The notes: generated from the sequence alone by a model not told the origin. Shown: positions 27,849-42,475, counted from the stretch's first letter. The stretch: 64,000 nucleotides of DNA from Octopus vulgaris (GCA_951406725.2 OX597829.1:248001-312000); one strand, 5' to 3'. Program-made: numbers and translations.

Positions 27849-27883
27849 GTTTCCGACGAAGAGCTCCGCTCGAAACGTTAAAC
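27849..27883 (+). ncRNA. Minimal type I hammerhead motif (CCGACGA variant) in a Penelope-like end (~27785-27985)
   Basis: GTTT-CCGACGA-A-GAGC-TCC-GCTC-GAAAC-GTT-AAAC: stem I GTTT/AAAC, stem II GAGC/GCTC, palindromic AACGTT stem III. Confidence 0.65.
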
Positions 27884-27980
27884 CCTCCTTCTTCCCTTCT
27901 TTCCTGAGCGTCCAATAATACTATATTTGTTCCATGTCCTCGCGTTGTTGTGTTTTTTTTGTATTTTCTTGTTTGGATTA

Positions 27981-28063
<83 letters not shown>

Positions 28064-28064
28064 A

Positions 28065-28098
<34 letters not shown>

Positions 28099-28103
28099 TT
28101 GTA

Positions 28104-28137
<34 letters not shown>

Positions 28138-28276
28138 CTTTATTCAAAGCAGCAGAAAATTCAACAAAACCTGTTACTCTGAGTTTCCCGTTGCTTCGGC
28201 AAGTGTCTTCTACTATAGCCTCAGGCTGGCCAGGAGATTTGGAAGCCGGAAACTGAAAGAAGCTCGTCGAACAAAC

Positions 28277-28360
<84 letters not shown>

Positions 28361-28445
28361 AGAGTTTACGAAAAAAACAAAAGACGGAGACAGGTGGTGT
28401 ATAAAACAAACAGATGTATTAGTATAACGCTCAGGAATAGAAAAA

Positions 28446-28483
28446 CTGTCCGATGAACGGCAACGGGAAACTCAGAGTAACAG
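28446..28483 (+). ncRNA. Minimal hammerhead motif (CCGATGA variant) in a Penelope-like end (28446-28590; inverted partner 28138-28195)
   Basis: CTGT-CCGATGA-ACGGCAACGG-GAAAC-TCAGA-GTA-ACAG; stem I CTGT/ACAG, stem III ACTC/GAGT, weak stem II. Confidence 0.55.
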
Positions 28484-28585
28484 GTTTTGTTGAATTTTCT
28501 GCTGCTTTAAATAAAGCATATTACTCTACCACTGGTATTTGAGTACTCTTTTTTCCACCTTGTTTCACATTTATGTGTTTACTCC

Positions 28586-28643
<58 letters not shown>

Positions 28644-28687
28644 TATATATATATACATATATATACACACATACATACATACATACA

Positions 28688-28748
<61 letters not shown>

Positions 28749-28978
28749 ATTCTTTTATTGTTTCAGTCTGTGGCCATACAGGAGTACCGCCTTAAAGGGT
28801 CTTAGTCGATCAAATCGATTCCAGGACTTATTCTTCGTAAGCCTTGTACTTATTTTATCAGTCGCATTTGCTGAACTGCTACGGGGATTTACAGGGACAT
28901 AAACACACCGACATCGGTCATGAAGCAGTGGTGGGAGACAAAGATAGACACAAAGACACGCATGCATTGCTCTATGCG

Positions 28979-29032
<54 letters not shown>

Positions 29033-29034
29033 AG

Positions 29035-29212
29035 ATCGTTAGCCACTACACACATTTTTTTCTCTCCTTGTTTTTTTCTGTGTACCTTTCTGTAGGAGAG
29101 CGTAGGCTCGAAACCTAAAATACTTTTTCTATTCCTGAGCGTTATGCTAATACATCTGTTTGTTTTGTACACCACTTGTCTTCGTCTTTTGTTGTTTTCG
29201 TAAATTCTCCCC

Positions 29213-29215
<3 letters not shown>
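29035..29215 (+). mobile_element. Penelope-like end with decayed hammerhead (29087-29120), inserted in (TA)n within a SINE-B
   Basis: TTT-CTGTAGG-A-GAGC-GTAG-GCTC-GAAAC-CTA-AAA; downstream TTCCTGAGCGT shared with the 27849 element. Confidence 0.55.
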
Positions 29216-29275
<60 letters not shown>

Positions 29276-29739
29276 CGACGAGCTTCTTTCAGTTTCCGAC
29301 TTCTAAATCTCCTGGCCGGCCTGAGGCTATAGTAGAAGACACTTACCGAAGCAAGCTTCTTACCGTAACTTGTCCCGCATCATCTATACATCTATTTTAC
29401 CGATACGTGTCTTCCGAAACTTTCCCTCTCCACTCTCTTCCCTGCTCTCTCTCCCTTTCTCTTTCTCATCTATCAGTCTCCATTCTGACTGTCACTCTGT
29501 TTTCTTAAAAATATGTTTCTCGTACTTTTTGCTTTTGCTTTCAAATTTTACCAACTCCCTCTACTTTTCTATCATTATAGTTCTCTTACTTCATCTTTTT
29601 GTCCATTTCTCTATTTTCTAGCTATATATATTAATCCAGTTTCTCAGTTAAATCTTACGTTTGTCGTCTTTTTCTCTCTTTATTATCCTATTTTTTTTCT
29701 TTCTCACTCTCTTAAATTCACGCACACGCACAGTAACGC

Positions 29740-29773
<34 letters not shown>

Positions 29774-30103
29774 TCACTTCCACCCTCTCTTTTTTCTTTC
29801 GCTCTCTGCTGTCCATTCTTATCAAACATGTTCATTTCGTTATTTAACGATCAAAAGCCGCGCATTTCCTCATCTAATGAGAAGCATATCTGAGAAAACT
29901 TGGGAAATTTTCTCCACACATTAAGATTCATCCAACATGAGTCACTTTCTAGGGAAGCTTATATTTTCCGCTTCGCTAACCAAGTCTATTTTAGCCAAAC
30001 GACGATCCATTTCCATATAGAATAGGATCGTTTACAGCTATTGTTTCTTTCTCCCATTTGCAAAACTCCTCTCTCTCTCTCCCGTTCCTACTCCCATAAT
30101 ATA

Positions 30104-30145
<42 letters not shown>

Positions 30146-30391
30146 AATAAATCTGGGTATATACACACATGCATGCACATATATTTATATTTATATATGT
30201 AAAAGAGCATCAGAATAACTGCTATCATAGAGAGGTTATAAAGACGTATATAGATTTGTCTGGTCTAAATCTCTTTCACTCTCTCTCTCTCTCTCTCTCT
30301 CAAACACACACACACACACACACACGAAACACACACTCACACATAAATATGTCTTTCTTCCCTTGCTTCTCCCTGTATATATATATGCACA

Positions 30392-30895
<504 letters not shown>

Positions 30896-31364
30896 TGATG
30901 TCTTGTGTATATGTCACTTTGTATGCGTTTGTGTGTGTAGTGCATCCGTGAGATTGTTGGGATGTAAGTGACTACGTGATTGTTTGTGGTTTTAACCATA
31001 CATCGGTACAGGGATATTATTAGGTGAACAGAGATCTGAATTACTAGTAAAGTACATATAAACAGGTACACACACACATATGAATACATAAAAACGCCCA
31101 GACTAAAAATATGAGTATGCATGCTTTCAGATGAGCGAATGCATAACTGAGTATTTATCAAGTTGTGTGAGCTTGTGCACATGCGCGCCCTTGTACGCTT
31201 CTGTACATATCTTCGTATGTGTATGTATGAAATTAATCTTAACTTCCCACGTTTCTCATTTCATTCATTTAAACTACTTCTGTACTACCAAGCTTTCAGC
31301 GAACTATCTATAATATTTTCTACAAATATCATTGTGCAGTTGGTCAACTAATATACACATATAC

Positions 31365-31411
<47 letters not shown>

Positions 31412-31427
31412 CATACATATAATGTAT

Positions 31428-31502
<75 letters not shown>

Positions 31503-31964
31503 TATATCCAAATTATGACCGGCTTTTGGTTCGTTCACGTCCCTGTAACTCTGTGGTTGTGTAAAAGAGACCGATAAATTAATACCAATCTTTCAAAAAC
31601 CAAGTACTGGGAGGATTTGTTCGCTTACATCCTTCGAGGCGGTCATCTACCATGGCCTCATTCCTATGACTAAAGGAAGGAAAACATTTTAAATATTGGT
31701 ACGGGTCCTCTACTACTTCGATTCAAATAACTTACACCCCTTCTTTCTTAGAATTGTGCATCTCTATGTCTAAAATAGTCGAAAATAGTATTATATATAT
31801 TGTAAAGAAATTAATAGTAATAGGAATAGCGGCGAGTGACAGAATGGTTATAGCGTCGGACAAAAAGTTCTAGCTCTATTCTTCCATTTGAGACCAATAT
31901 TGCCATTCATTGTTGTTGTCATAATCTACACCAATTCTTTGTATATCATTTTTAGTGGCGAATA

Positions 31965-32185
31965 AGGCGGTGAGCTGGCAGAATCGGTAGCACACTGAGC
32001 AAAATGCTTAGAGGCATTTTGTCCGCCATTACGTTCTGAGTTCAAACTCCGCCAAGGTCGACCTAGCCTTTGACCTCTTACGGGTCGATAAAATAAGTAC
32101 TATTCGAACACTAGGATCAATGTAATCAATTTAGTGCTTCCTCCGAAATTACTGGCCTTGTGCCAAAATTTGAAATCATTATTAT
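31965..32185 (+). mobile_element. SINE family A
   Basis: AAGGCGGTGAGCTGGCAGAATCG...GAGTTCAAACTCCGCCAAGGTCGAC. Confidence 0.85.
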
Positions 32186-32768
32186 TGGTTGCGATTAACT
32201 GAAATGTTAGCATGTTGGACAAAATACGTTTTGGGATTACTTCTGACACTTGACACAGCAAATGAAGTCAGTTTTGCTCTTGTTTCTGGGTAAATAAAGT
32301 ACCATTCGAGTTCTGGGGGTCGGTATAATTGGCTGTTACTCTCTCCCAGCTTATTTCAGTGCATATATTTATAATTGTGGTGATAGGATGGCATTAAAGG
32401 TAGTTTTCAAATATACTTACTAACACCTCTGGATGCAAAACTTCTTCTTGCTATCGTTACAGCTCACCATTCCTGTAAATCCTGTAAATCAGAAATGTTG
32501 ACTCGCACTACATTCATTTGTCTATATCTACCACGAAATCATCGTCTTTGTAAGAGCAATATAAACCGAATATTAACTCAGTAAATATGAATATCTCTAT
32601 CATTTCCACCCTCCCTTAAAAGACAGATAAAAAAATAAAAAAATAAAAATAAAAAAGGAAGAAAAAATCCTTTTCAGCAACTAGAAAACAAATTGATACT
32701 TCCGATAAACGACTTACAATATTCCATTGTCTTTTCTAGAAGCTTTCCGAAATTTGCTCGCTTATATT

Positions 32769-32867
<99 letters not shown>

Positions 32868-33079
32868 CGCGCACACACGCACACACATTTATTTAGGTTT
32901 ATATCTATCCATTTATATATATATATATACACACATATGCATATATACATATATTCAAATTTTTTATATAATTCTAACGCTTTTACTCCTCTTTTTGTTT
33001 TTTGTTTGAAATTTCTGTATTTTTTTCCTTGATTCATAAATTCCGGTCAAATAAGGAATATGCTACATTTAATAAAATG

Positions 33080-33100
33080 AATAATAATAACAATAATAAC

Positions 33101-33156
<56 letters not shown>

Positions 33157-33160
33157 TAAC

Positions 33161-33220
<60 letters not shown>
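33080..33220. repeat. (AAT)n microsatellite
   Basis: Direct reading. Confidence 0.95.
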
Positions 33221-33224
<4 letters not shown>

Positions 33225-34058
33225 AGTATGGATAAGAAAGTAAAACGTAAAAAATAGAAATATCCCCTACACAGAGAAAGAGAGAGAGAAGAACAAATTA
33301 AAACTAAAACTAAAATATAACAAAAGACACACCAAATAAAATAAAACAAAAGCGAAAACTCAAAGGAAAACAGACAAAAAAAGAGAGAAAGAAAAAAGAA
33401 GAAAAGAAGAGAAATGGTAAAACACAAAGCAATACATCTGACGCTTCAAAAACAATAAAATGAGATCGATTAAATATTTTATGTGAAGTTCCGGGAGGTT
33501 CTAGAGGTATTTGATAACTACAATTCTAGATACGCCACAATAACGATATTCTAATATTTTCGTTATCTATTTTATCTTGATTTTATTTTTTTGTTTAAAA
33601 TAATAATTTGATCTGTTTTTTTTTTTCTTTTTGGCTTTTCAATTTTTGTTTTGTATCATTTTATTGGATTTTTGTTTCTTTCCTTTGTATTTTTTTTTGT
33701 CATTTGTAATTCTATCTTCTGCATTGTTATGTATGTATGTTTGAACTTATATAGACTAACACTCACATATGTGCACACACACACTCCCACACACATACAC
33801 ACACACACATGCACAAATATATATGTATGTACATATATACAGGCACATATATGTATATATACACGTGCGCATATATGTACGTACATATATACACGCACAC
33901 ACATACACACACATGCACGCACACACACAGACACACACACACACACACTCACACACACATATATATATATATGTATATATATATGCTTACACGCACAGAT
34001 AATACATATATATAATACATATATAAATAATACATATACATAATACATATGAAAATAC

Positions 34059-34096
<38 letters not shown>

Positions 34097-35126
34097 AGAT
34101 TATATACACATATACACGTATATGAGCATACACACACACACACACGTTTTTTTTATTCTCTTTCTATCAAATTTGATTATTTCGAAATTAACTTGCCCAC
34201 CCTGAAAACCACTTCTCCTCTTCAAATCTCCCACCCAAATTCACCTTAACCTTGTTGTCGCATGTGACGCCGGCTACACGTAATAACCAAGTTGTCAAAG
34301 GCGCAACCCCCACCCTAACAAAAAAATAAAATAAAGATACAAAAGAATAAATGAAAGAAAAGCATAAAGAAGACGGACACTGATGTCGTCACGCCCAGAT
34401 GATAAAGACAATTTTCGCTCCGTTTCTCATAATGGTTTTTCTGTCTTTGCTATTGATGTTGGTGTTGATGTTATTACTTTTGTTATTATTATTTAGTGGT
34501 TATAGCTTTTATGGCGTGCTTTCACTGCACAACTGAACACATTCTGTGTGCTTTGGGTACGAGCTATGCTCTGTTTTTGGTTTTGTTATTTTTGCATTGT
34601 ATTGACAGTACTCTAAACAATCTCAGTGTTTAGTCTAGTGTTGTTATTTCTCTTTTTATTTAAGGTACTCTACATGATTTGTGCAAAGTCTAGCTTTCCA
34701 TTCTTTCCACGCTGTGTACGTTGTGTGTTATATATTTGTCTCCATCTGTTTTATTCATTCACAAACATATTATTATGACATTTTAAAAACAGGGTTCGTT
34801 TCATGTTGTCTCAATTGCCAGATCTTTATGCTTGGTACAATTTCTGCATTTATTTTAAAGATAATTTACCGTTTGTTGGAAAAGGCAAATCCATCAGTAG
34901 ACATTTCACTTCTTGAAAGTTATAAGTACGATTTGTCTCGACCCTTTACCGATATCAATTGGTATATATCTGTGTAGGCAGCTTTTCATTCCCGGTGACA
35001 TTTTGTGGTCTTTCTTCGCGCTGTCTCATTTCTTCGGGTATTCTATAAACATGCCATAATTTTCAGTTTACGAAAGCTCCAACTCTGATAGGCGTGACAT
35101 TTTATTTTTACGCTTTATTATTATTA

Positions 35127-35168
<42 letters not shown>

Positions 35169-35171
35169 GTT

Positions 35172-35568
35172 AAGGCGGCGAGCTGGCAGAAACGTTAGCA
35201 CGCCGGGCGAAATGCGTAGCCATATTTCGTCTGCCGTTACGTTCTGAGTTCAAATTCCGCCGAGGTCGACTTTCCCTTTCATCCTTTCGGGGTCGATAAA
35301 TTAAGTACCAGTTATGCACTGGGGTCGATGTAATCGACTTAATCCGTTTGTCTCTCCTTGTTTGTCCCCTCTGTGTTTAGCCCTTGTAGGTAATAAAGAA
35401 ATAGGTATTTCGCTCGTTGCTTCGATCTAAGTTCAAATTCCGCCGAGGTCGACTTTGCCATTGACCCTTTCGGGGTCGGTAAAATAAGTGCCAGTTGAAC
35501 ATTGGGGTTGATGTAATCGACACATCCCCATCCTCAAAATGACTACTCTTGTGGCAAAATTTGAAACC

Positions 35569-35570
<2 letters not shown>
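35172..35570 (+). mobile_element. SINE family A, dimeric (well-preserved copy plus second 3' unit)
   Basis: AAGGCGGCGAGCTGGCAGAAACGTTAGCACGCCGGGCG...; core repeated at ~35425. Confidence 0.9.
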
Positions 35571-35603
<33 letters not shown>

Positions 35604-35619
35604 CATTATTATTATTATT

Positions 35620-36070
35620 GAGTAAGAGAGCAGTGCATGCCATCAAAGTGACACTGGTGTAAAATATACGAAGCCCAGTATACCCACCATGACTACACGT
35701 CTGATAAAGGTACACTAGGCACGTGCATCTCAACCATATGTGCGCGACAATGTGATCTCATATCAAGATAAACAGCTCATGACCTTGCAGGTGGGGCCCA
35801 GTTAGAATTTTCTTCTGGTCGAGTAACCCATCCCGCTTCAAAGGATTCTGAATAAGGGTTGTTTAAGGATGTTGAACGAAACACCCATATTTCCAGAGGT
35901 GAATTATTCAAACCCCAAAGAATCCCCTCAGCACATGGCTATGAAGCTCCCCAACTACTTCTGCTCCTACTAAGGGACATGGTCAACTGGTTAAGGTCAA
36001 ACAACTGACAAGCAAATATGTGGTATTGAGCAGAATATTTGCTGTAGCCCGTCTTTTATACAAAGACAAA
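35620..36070 (-). mobile_element. ~556-bp TAA-flanked element, 5'-truncated with an internal deletion
   Basis: Reverse complement of the 26674-27229 body; (ATT)n on both sides. Confidence 0.85.
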
Positions 36071-36124
36071 TTATTATTATTATTATTATTATTATTATCA
36101 TTATTATTATTATTATTATTATTT

Positions 36125-36337
36125 AAGGCGGCGTGCCGACAGAATCGTTAACACGCTGGACGAAATACTTAGCGGTATTTCGCCCGTTGCTCCGATCTGA
36201 GTTCAAATTCCACCGATGTCGACTTTGCCATTGACTCTTTCTGGGTCGGTAAAATAAGTGCCTGTTGAACACTTGAGTTAATGAAATCGATACAAACCAA
36301 TACCCAAAATGGCTACACTTGTGGCAAAATTTGAAAC

Positions 36338-36340
<3 letters not shown>
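36125..36340 (+). mobile_element. SINE family A
   Basis: Same head and core; (ATT)n on both sides. Confidence 0.85.
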
Positions 36341-36374
<34 letters not shown>

Positions 36375-36928
36375 GAGTGAGAGAGCAGTGCATGCCATCA
36401 AAGTGACACTGGGGTAAAATATACGAAGCCCAATATACCCATCATGACTACCCGCCTGATAAGGGTACACCAGGCACATGCATAACAACCATATGTGCGC
36501 GACATGGTGATCTCATATCAAAATAAACAGCACATGACCTTGCAGGTGAGGCCCAGTTAGAATTTTCTTCAGGTTGAGTAGCCCATCCCGCTCAAAAGGT
36601 CCCTGAATAAGGGTTGTTTAAGGATGTTGAAAGAACCACCCATGTTTCCAGAGGTGAATTATTCAAACCCCAAAGAATCCCTCTCAACACATGGCTATGA
36701 TGCTCCCCCACTACTTCTGCTCGTAATCAGAGATGCACATATCGTCAGTCACTAAGGGACATGCTCAACTGGTTAAGGTCAAACAACTGACAAGCAAATC
36801 TGTGGTATTGAGCAGAATATTTGCTGTAGCCCATCTTTTATACCAAGACAAAACAATGTACATGATAACACTTCCAATCAATTAAGATCAGAAGCCATGA
36901 GAGCCACTGCCTGGTACTGCATCAGGGC

Positions 36929-36932
<4 letters not shown>
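36375..36932 (-). mobile_element. ~556-bp TAA-flanked element, full-length
   Basis: Co-linear reverse complement of 26674-27229 with the same termini; (ATT)n on both sides. Confidence 0.9.
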
Positions 36933-36981
<49 letters not shown>

Positions 36982-38505
36982 GTCCATGAACAATATTTTT
37001 CATTGTTTCTTCAAAGCTTACACATAATCTGTAATCACTTATGTATCCAGCTTTATAATACAGTTTTGATAGTTTTTCGTAAGAGGATTTTCATACAGTT
37101 AAACAATTACAAGAAATCCCTCGGCTAGCCACTGGATTTGGTTAAAAAGAGACGATGAGCGATGGCTAGAAGAATATTGAGCTTTATTTGATAACCAGCT
37201 GATCTAGTAAGGGGGGACTTAAATCAAGGAGGGGGCCGGTGCGCATTGATGCCGTCGAGAGGTAGGCCTCGAAACGGCGCGCATTCTCTCCTGATGACCC
37301 CATACACTTGCTGGCTTCCGGGATGCGGAGTTTTTGACTGGTAGCACTTGCATGTGCAAGTTATTTGCAAGACATCTACTTCATCTTTTTTTTCTTTTTC
37401 CACATTTGATGTATTTTACCCGTTTACGCAGCTTCCTTGCCAGCATTCTAACAAGACAGTTAGTAACTCTTTTTCAATTTAGACTTCGTTATATTCCGGA
37501 AGAGCCATTGCTAACGAAACCTATAAACACACACCAGTTGTTCGTCTACATTTTCTTTTCTTTTTCATAACAATTGTTCTCTGTATTCCGTCATATGATT
37601 TTCATTCTCTCAACTAACAGTCTTTTCAATGGGAATACATTTTCAAAAGCTTATTTTTTTAACTGATATTATTGTTGTTATATATCACTGTTGTAAATAT
37701 AGTAAACTGAATGAGTGAGTGTTTTTTATAGTTTTTAAATAAATTCTTTTGCTTTAACTCCATCTTTTCCACAGCTATCTTTTACCCAAATTATGTCTGG
37801 TTGAGTTTCACGAAAATAAAATACATTCGTGTTTACGCATCTTTGTATTAGTTTTCTTTTCCAATTTACGAGATTATTTTCATTAAAATTTTAAGTGCTT
37901 ATTAAATAAAACGTTTCAAGTTACAAAAGATACATTTTACTCATTAATTGTATCAAACACGTTTTTTACTTAATTGGCTTTTTGGTGGTGTATTTTAAAT
38001 GCAGTCATATTTTCTCCTCTCTTTCTTGTCTCATGACGATTCATTCTAGCTGGGATTATTATAATTCTGCTTAATTTCTGGGGTAGTTAGAATATAGATA
38101 CCTTATTACTATTTTTTTCGAAAAGCTCCATTTTAAGAATGAATTGCTTCTCTAATTTTCCCTGTTAGCTTTTCTTTACTTTCTGTATATTGTACCTTGT
38201 CTATTTACTAATTTAATAATCTGTGTTTAGCCTAATTCTCAGCTATATGCTTTCAATTTATACATAATAATTTCAGTTCTTCTCTGTTTTCTTGACATAA
38301 TGTTAACTCGAATATCATGTTAGTTCTTTTATAAAATCTATTTTCTCTCCGCAGGAGTGTTTCTAGTTGTTTGTCAGCCACAGCGTACAACTTGAGGACG
38401 TCTATATGCATTTATTACCCTACCACAGCATTTGAAATCTGAATCCAGACCACTTAAACACGCTGGCTGGCTAAAAGTGCTTAGGTTACATAGAGACAGA
38501 GTAAG

Positions 38506-38539
<34 letters not shown>

Positions 38540-38785
38540 GCCACTTCTGTCTGTGTCCGTAATATTGTTTACTATTTAGTTTGAACGCTTTTAAACTTAT
38601 TTCTATATTTTCTGCTTTGAATTCTATCTAACATATAACCAATGTACCAACTATCCTTTTAATTATAGGAGTTATTCAATATTATCCATCTTTATATCTT
38701 TCAAATATGATAATTGGAGAGATAGAAAGATAGACAGAGAGACAGACAGACAGACCGACAGACAGACAAACAGACAAACAAACAT

Positions 38786-38853
<68 letters not shown>

Positions 38854-38919
38854 GCAGATAGATAGATAGAGAGAGAGAGAGACAGAGATGTGTGTACGTG
38901 TGCATCTGATAGCATTCAA

Positions 38920-39348
38920 AGTTCCACAATTTTTGGTCCATACTTGACCCAAGACTGCAGCACCATTTAGAGAGAATCTTTGGAATAAGCATCTAACAAA
39001 GTGCAGCCACATTTGTGTCACCATTCAGGGATATCTGCAGATGGCCAAGTGTCAGTGCATGTCACAGTATCCATAGCGCCACAATATGTTAAACCCTGTG
39101 TGTAAAAGGATGCTGTCACATGTACCACGTGGTTAGGGAATGCTTCTTTGTCGACAAGCAAAAGGCAAGACACTCCAAACTTCGACGAAATAGGAGCAAG
39201 GTATGTTGGTCAATCATTAAACTGTGATGGCGAAGATGTACGAGTTCGCCATCTCAGCTTCATATTTCAGGATAAGCAGATTTGCAGGTGAGATAGAACA
39301 CAATGAAGCAGGACCTGGCTAGCAGCTTATTCGTTAACCAAGCTTCTA
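38920..39348 (-). pseudogene. Highly degenerate CRE-like RLE retrotransposon C-terminus
   Basis: Ordered minus-strand motifs across frames: AWL, LTCKS, RHHSL, VTCTDT, LFQRFSL.NGAAVLG, compared with the CRE-type AWL..LSC..RH..LN..D.TC.DT..LFQR.S....NAA.VLG pattern. Confidence 0.45.
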
Positions 39349-39367
39349 ACGATGTCAAATAAACTTC

Positions 39368-40280
39368 CATGTATGTATGTATGTATGTATGTATGTATGT
39401 ATGTATGTATGTGTGTGTATGTATGTATGTATGTATGTATGTATGTGTGTATGTATGTATGTATGTATGTATGCATCTATGTATGTATGTATGTGTGTAT
39501 GTATGTGTGTGTGTGTATGTGTGTATGTATGCTGTATGTAGATAGGTAGGTATGCGAGTGTGTGTATATATGTATGTCTGTATGTATGTATGCATCTATG
39601 TATGTATGTATGTGTGTATGTATGTATGTATGTATGTATGTATGTATGTATGTATGTATGTATGTATGTATGTATGCATGCATGCATGTATGTATGTATA
39701 TATGTATGTATGTATGTATACATGTATGTATGAATGTATGTATACATGTATGTATGTATGTATACATGTATGTATGTATGAATGTATGTATGTATGTATG
39801 TATGTATTAAGTATGTATGTATATATGAATGTATGTATGTATGTATGTATGTATGCATGTATATATGAATGTATGCATGTATATATGTATGTATACATGT
39901 ATGTATGTATGTATGTATGTATGTATGTATGTATGTATGTATGCATGTATGTATTAAGTATGTATGTATGTATATAAGTGTGTATGTATGTATGTATGTA
40001 TATAAGTGTGTATGTATGTATACATGTATGTATGTATTAAGTATGTATGTATGTATGTATGTATATATGTGTGTATGTATGTATGTATGTATGTATTAAG
40101 TATGTATGTTTGTATGTATGTATGTATAAATGCATGTATGTATGAATAGATTTATGCATATATGAATGTATGTGTCTATGTATGCATGCACACGTGTATG
40201 TATATGTATATGAATGTATGTATGCATGTATGAAAACATGTATGTATGTGTGTGTGTAAATGTGTGTGTGTGTGTGTATC
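39368..40280. repeat. Degenerate (TATG)n array
   Basis: Direct reading. Confidence 0.95.
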
Positions 40281-40707
40281 ATTTGAGTATGTATGGCTGT
40301 GTTTATTGTGTTTGTGCGTTTATGTATTTGTATGTGTTTAAATCGTGGCTACAACTTATTTCAGTTACACCGTGTAATGTGCTGTTGTTTAGCTCTAGTT
40401 TAATGTTCAACTATCTGATCAATAACCAAAAGCATTCCTTCTTTTACTCCCTCAACTTTATTTTAAGGCCTTTCCTATCTTGGTCAAACATTATGTAATA
40501 CGTTCTTTCTATCTTTCTTTCTTTCTTTCTTCCTTTCTTTCTAAACCATTGAAGTATGATTTTAAGAACCACTCCAATGCAGTCAAGATATTAACTAATA
40601 TTGCTGGCCGGTCGAGTGACAGTTCGAAAGCCTCCCTCGTTGGCTGATCTTGCGTTATGTCTGCAGCTGAACTGCACTGCGTAATGTCAAAATACTGGCG
40701 TTATTAT

Positions 40708-40742
<35 letters not shown>

Positions 40743-42475
40743 CAGAAGGAAAGAAAGAAAGAAAAAACGCCTATCATGTACTATTTTGTTCTAGGCAATC
40801 AAATGCACATTTTCGATGAAAGCCAATTACTAAGTTTCGTAGATGCCTAAATGCCTAATTTATTATGAAACTGAAACGCATCCAAAGACACCGAAGTGAA
40901 CCAAATCCATATCGATTCATTTCCTAACATATACAGTGGGTTAAATATATGCACCATGTTTCCACGCTCTTTCTCCATTACTCTAAATGCTTAGAATAAC
41001 AAACCGAGGAAACCACTTCACATTAAAATGCTGCATTTCTCTTTATACGTAACATTCTTTGCATTTATTTCTCATAAATTTATTTTTGCATTTTCATTTC
41101 TTGTTTTCTTTTTTGTTTTTTTCTTTTTTCAACGCATTTTAAACCACCATATTAATTTCCATCACAAATACTTAATAACCTCTACCGACATATTGTTATT
41201 TTCTTTCCTGCCTTTTGCATGTGCAGTCAATTATTTCTTCCTTTTTTTTCCTTCCCCCTTCAATTTTTTCTCCTCATTGAAACATTATTCATATCGCGTA
41301 GCATACATATGAACACATGTGGATTCTTCATATACCTGACAGTGAGGAGAATATGAAATAAATATGTCCAAATAACCTAATGCTAACACGGTTGGTGAAA
41401 ATATTCTAACATTTTCAAATGTTAAAAAACATATATTGTATAATAAAAAAAAAATGCAACACTTTTTAACAGACAAGTTATTTTCATTTTAGATACACCG
41501 AATCGGCAAACAAAAATATTGTCTTGAGTGTAAATTTTGACATCATGTGATCTCTGCTTCTCATTTTCGGACATTTTTGGACAGCTGCTGATTATATAAA
41601 GTGTTATCGTCCACTCTAACATGGTACAATTGACACATTCTCTCGCAATATGGAGATTAAGGGGCTTCTTTACCTCTCTTGCAGATAAAATATTTAGTAG
41701 CTATTTCTTGTTCTGGAGAGCCAAAGCATAAGCTTCTAAGTCTAAGGTCCTGGAGAGGCTACCATTCCTGTCAATGTCGCAGGCACTCACCCACTTTCGA
41801 GCTATGTACCCATGCATAACTTTCTGCTGATATGAGGAGTTGTTCTCTTCTAAGCCTATTTAAGTAGTTCACTCCACCTAAACTTGGTTCACGACGAAGA
41901 GCTGTACACTGTTCAAGAATTCTTTGTCTTGTCCCATTTTGTTACAACCTTCACCGTTAATTACACACGTGATGTTTCCAGTTTTCGCTTTTATTGTTTA
42001 ATCGATGTTGTCTAAGTGACGCGATGCAGAACCCAAAAGCCTTTACCTCTACCTCTTCCCTTGTTTTTTTTTTTTATATATAAAACATCCTGCCAGTGTC
42101 ACTACTGACGTGAATGTTACCAGTCATTGTCAGTATTTCCCCAATTTTGAAGTCCAAGTTGTGAATTTCTTCAATTTCTTCAAATGTCCCAAACACAAAA
42201 TGCATTGTGAGATATGGTTTTATTAAACTCAGACAGCTCTGATTTCCATACTTCCAAGAATTTTCTGGTGTGCTCTTTTGTCTCTCCACCTTTATTCACA
42301 ACACAAAAATGAACAATATTCTTGTCAATTCCAAAGTATTTGTAGCAGTCAGCACTAGTGAAAGATAGTCTGTGAATATTCATATTCCTGAATGGTTTGG
42401 CAATCTTTCCTTGTTTCCCTACCAGTTGTCCTGACCAACGTCCATTGTTTATAACAAGCGAGAATATTGTGATCA

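Noticed and set aside
37248-37290. Hammerhead at GAGG-TAGG-CCTC-GAAAC
   Set aside because: No CTGANGA box at the right position and no clear NUH or stem I; at best a relic.
40584-40675. HDV-like ribozyme (GCC-TCCCTCGTT-GGC with CAAGAT/ATCTTG and CAGTTC/GAACTG)
   Set aside because: P2-P3 and P3-P1 are not contiguous, the GG for P1.1 is missing and there is no convincing P4; more likely a decayed repeat fragment.
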